Shown: piece after piece, positions 40,864 to 43,784 of the stretch
Position numbering within the stretch: the first letter of the stretch is position 1
Layout of the letters: every line of letters begins with the position of its first letter
From: Hyphomicrobium sp.
GTDB lineage: Bacteria; Pseudomonadota; Alphaproteobacteria; Rhizobiales; Hyphomicrobiaceae
Assembly: GCA_031375665.1 (NCBI GenBank)
Contig: JANMII010000045.1
Coordinates: 1 to 43,784, forward strand
Reading direction: 5' to 3'
Length of the DNA stretch: 43,784 nucleotides
Made by a program: the position numbers and the translations under genes
The notes under the pieces: model-generated
What the model saw: only the letters and a program-made list of their open reading frames with translations
The model's database searches: none
What the model was told of the DNA's origin: nothing

Positions 40864-41820
40864 CTATTTCACTGCCACTGCATCGGGTGCAAAACGGACC
40901 GTGAACCCGCTCACCACTTGATGACTGGTGAGGCGGGCTGCCGCCCAACCGCCCGGCGGTTCAGCGCCAGACCACCAACGTGAGAATTGACGCCACATAT
41001 CTAGCGGCAACCAGCTGCCGTCCATGTGCGTCAGCGGTCCGATGTAGTCGGCAAAGGTGAATTTGTATTCGACGAAAACACTACCCGTGCGCAGCCGATA
41101 TTCTAATCCAAAGAGCGCCTGTGCGGTTGGTCCCGTGTACTGATACTCGTACGTCCGCGCCGGATCAGTGCTGACGTGAATTTCCGAATGCGGCAGTGAG
41201 ATGCCAGCGCCGACGCCCGCATATGGCGCGATTTTGCCAATGCCACCGAACCGCATCAGGCCGTTGAGCGTCAGCATGTTGTGGCCATGCGTCCACTCTA
41301 ACCGGTCGAAGTAATCGCTCAATTTGCCGGTAGCTGGCGCAGGTTCGCCGTTAATCGTGCCCTCGAACGGATAGCTGCTGTCGAGCGGCGCATAGACTTT
41401 CGAGTGCACAAAATCAACCATCGAGCCAAAGCGTCCGCCCGCTTGCCAGCGCTGCACGCGCGCGCCGTAATACAGTGGGTTCTCAAAAGGTTTAGTGTAC
41501 CAATTGATCTGTTTGATCGTCAGGTCGTGACGACCATCTTTGGTCAACCGGAAATCGCTTGGGTAATGGTAGGGTGCGCCGAGATACGCTCCAATCGCTG
41601 TTTCCGCCGGGCGGACATCGGTTAGCGTGGTGGTCGTTGCAGCGCTGTTGCCACGGACTGCATCGTCATCCGGCATCATTGCGGCAGTGACCAACATTCC
41701 ACTTGCAGCTAAGCCCGCCGTCGCATGGACAATGGCCGTCAAACGCGGGCGGTGTTCCCTAAAGCGTGGCGTCGCCCATGCCGATCTCGCAAGGGGTGAT
41801 GTGTGGTTGGCGATGATCAT
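40864..41820 (-). CDS. Outer-membrane beta-barrel protein, lipid A oxidase LpxQ-like
   Basis: PFENPLYYG, DFVHSKVYA, LEWTHGHNML, PYAGVGAGISLPH and FVEYKFT resemble the LpxQ family. Confidence 0.6.
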   Translation of the reverse strand: MIIANHTSPLARSAWATPRFREHRPRLTAIVHATAGLAASGMLVTAAMMPDDDAVRGNSAATTTTLTDVRPAETAIGAYLGAPYHYPSDFRLTKDGRHDLTIKQINWYTKPFENPLYYGARVQRWQAGGRFGSMVDFVHSKVYAPLDSSYPFEGTINGEPAPATGKLSDYFDRLEWTHGHNMLTLNGLMRFGGIGKIAPYAGVGAGISLPHSEIHVSTDPARTYEYQYTGPTAQALFGLEYRLRTGSVFVEYKFTFADYIGPLTHMDGSWLPLDMWRQFSRWWSGAEPPGGWAAARLTSHQVVSGFTVRFAPDAVAVK

Positions 41821-42000
41821 TCCTGTACGTCCCCGACCCTGTCATTCATCCTGGCGTCGGCGACCAAACACCGCTCGCTGCGGCCGCGCATTACGCTAAT
41901 CCCTAACGTTCGATACGCGCACCCCATGCTGCTGCGATCATATCCGCCCACCACGGTTCGCGCACGTCGCCGTCGGACGGAGCAAACGTTGCTGACGCGA

Positions 42001-43083
42001 CTATGTCCCCGGCCGCGCCGATAGCACATCGAGCATCTGTCGAACCGCGACAATCTGTGCGGCATCGCGTGTTAGGTAATTGTCACCGGTATAACCCCAC
42101 CAGTCCCAACAGGCCTGGGGATTGAGCGGAGTGGTTGCAACCTGGGGAAACAGCACAATTAACGCGTTGGTGTCGGCCCAGCGGCCAAAGCCCGTGTCGA
42201 CGACGAAACGTTTGCCGACCGCCGATTGATTTTGTCCGCAGCCATGAAACGCCACGTGAATGCGGCAGTTCGCTTCCGTTCGGCAGCGCTTTGGAACGTA
42301 GACCGCGCCGCTGTCTGCCAATCCGTCTTTCACTCCCCGCGGCTTGAACGGGCGCTGATCGAACGTGATCAATTCGCCGCTCGGTGCAGCAGCGCGTGGT
42401 TGCAGAGAACCATAGATGTGGCTGAGCAGCGAACCCGCTTGGTCGTAGTCGCAATCGACGACATAGGGTTCAGCCGACTTTTCACACGCGCTGCCGTTGT
42501 CGTCCGTCACGAATGCATGGCCAGCTGGCACCGTGTCGACCAGTTTGATGTTGTCGGCGGGCACGCCAAGCTTGGCGTAAAATTCAGCGGCATGCCGAAC
42601 AATCGACGGCACGACGGTGCGGTCAGATTTTCCGGTGAACAAATAGACTTTGTCGCTCGCGACCGAGGCAACTGGATCAATTGTTCCAGCCTCGGCCCGG
42701 CGTTGCGCTTTCGCTGCGAGATCGACGGGGTTTGCAACGCCCCAGATGCCGAGCATATCGAGCATGCAGCCATTGATGGCTTTGCTAAGATTCAACCAAG
42801 CCATCCCGGGCGCTGGAAACGCGCCGGCGAACACGCTTTCCGAACAGCCGTACGGTCCGCCCGCAATGATGGCCGCACCCACGACGATTTTGCCGTGCGC
42901 CATCTGGAATTGGCCAGCCATGTAAGCGCCAGCGGATATGCCCGAGACCGAGGTTTGATCGAGTGCTGCACCGAGCGACGGCAACGCAATCGGTTTGGTG
43001 TCATCGGCACGCTCGCAGCCGGTCAAAGCAAGGACAATTGCAGTCGCAAAAAGGCGAAGCAAACCAGATGTATCTCGCAGCAT
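42001..43083 (-). CDS. PHB-depolymerase-family esterase, probable lipoprotein
   Basis: Lipase box GISAG, AGGPYGC, HVAFHGC.Q and NPQACWDWWGY; lipobox LTGC. Confidence 0.88.
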   Translation of the reverse strand: MLRDTSGLLRLFATAIVLALTGCERADDTKPIALPSLGAALDQTSVSGISAGAYMAGQFQMAHGKIVVGAAIIAGGPYGCSESVFAGAFPAPGMAWLNLSKAINGCMLDMLGIWGVANPVDLAAKAQRRAEAGTIDPVASVASDKVYLFTGKSDRTVVPSIVRHAAEFYAKLGVPADNIKLVDTVPAGHAFVTDDNGSACEKSAEPYVVDCDYDQAGSLLSHIYGSLQPRAAAPSGELITFDQRPFKPRGVKDGLADSGAVYVPKRCRTEANCRIHVAFHGCGQNQSAVGKRFVVDTGFGRWADTNALIVLFPQVATTPLNPQACWDWWGYTGDNYLTRDAAQIVAVRQMLDVLSARPGT

Positions 43084-43177
43084 GTGATGGCAGCCTTTCG
43101 TTTCACCCGCAGGTCTAGCCTGCTAGCGTCCGAACGACCAGCGCGCCATTGGTCACCTGTCAATCAAGCGCTGCATC

Positions 43178-43784
43178 TCACTTGAGCCGAACGGACGCTC
43201 GATCGACGCGGCCGTTGGCGTCTATCACGGTCAACTTGGCGAAACCCGCGCTCGCCGGTTGCCAGGCAACTTCGCGGGAATTCGGATCGGACTCGATGGG
43301 GCGGCCGTCCACCAACCACGTCAACGGCAACGCGCCGCCGTCGGCTTTCAGCACCATGGCATCTTCCGAGAAATCCGCGCTGTCGATCTCAGATCGATCC
43401 GGCGGAAATGAAATCAGCACCGGCGTCGCAAGATAGGGCCCGACGTTGTGATCATCGCCGGGTTCTGACCATCGCTTCAGCGGCGGCGGCAGATCGGCTC
43501 CTGCCATCGTCAGCGCGCCTTTCGGTGCCGCTGGCAGTGGCGTGCGCTGTGGTGATAGCCGCGCGAAGGCGTCAAATAAAATTGGCGCTGCCGCCGTCCG
43601 TCCCATCATGCCTGGAACGCTGGTGCCATCGGCGCGGCCTACCCAAACTGCGATGACATGGCGGCCGTCATAGCCAATCGCCCAAGCGTCGCGATAGCCG
43701 TAGGATGTTCCAGTTTTGTACGCGAACCGGCCACCCTTCGCATTCATCGGCGGCGGCGCGTCTTTCAGAATATCGCCGACATAC
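43178..43784 (-). CDS. pbpC: Penicillin-binding protein 1C, 3' part (truncated by the window end)
   Basis: KTGTSYGYRDAWAIG; C-terminal BiPBP_C-like domain (PLTWLVDG..LTVIDANG). Confidence 0.9.
   Translation of the reverse strand, partial: YVGDILKDAPPPMNAKGGRFAYKTGTSYGYRDAWAIGYDGRHVIAVWVGRADGTSVPGMMGRTAAAPILFDAFARLSPQRTPLPAAPKGALTMAGADLPPPLKRWSEPGDDHNVGPYLATPVLISFPPDRSEIDSADFSEDAMVLKADGGALPLTWLVDGRPIESDPNSREVAWQPASAGFAKLTVIDANGRVDRASVRLK

Noticed and set aside
39778-40921. Long overlapping ORFs and CAG-rich repeats in the TIGR02302 gene
   Set aside because: By-products of the Gln/Gly-rich coiled-coil region normal for this family
42226-43185. 319-aa plus-strand ORF
   Set aside because: Antisense shadow of the esterase gene

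Overview
GC-rich alphaproteobacterial core-chromosome segment. Gene content and order suggest Hyphomicrobiales, probably Hyphomicrobiaceae (inference). It is almost entirely housekeeping: recF-gyrB, a Kef-type antiporter, PBP1A, senC/regB/regA, mmcB, ppk2, gcrA divergent from argD-argF-hslO, argE-apaG-metZ with a SAM-II riboswitch, dcd, an ArsR/SDR pair, HU, dapD-orf-dapE, tlpA divergent from argH-lipoprotein-lysA-TIGR02302, an lpxQ-like gene, a PHB-depolymerase-like esterase and the 3' end of pbpC. I found no prophage, transposase, tRNA/rRNA or canonical CRISPR-Cas, and no clearly new multi-gene system. The most notable items are: (1) an in-frame TAG at a conserved Lys codon of dapD, with an intact C-terminus behind it; (2) a 147-bp-period palindromic repeat array cut by the window start; (3) a Sco protein whose CxxxC motif reads SxxxC; (4) a small Lys/Ala/Ser-rich protein made of two tandem ~37-aa modules; (5) a degenerate, protease-less LonB-like AAA protein coupled to a USP-like gene; (6) several structured intergenic elements (argD leader terminator, palindromes upstream of HU, nested inverted repeats upstream of the aquaporin). 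All protein calls come from motif recognition by eye; no searches were run.
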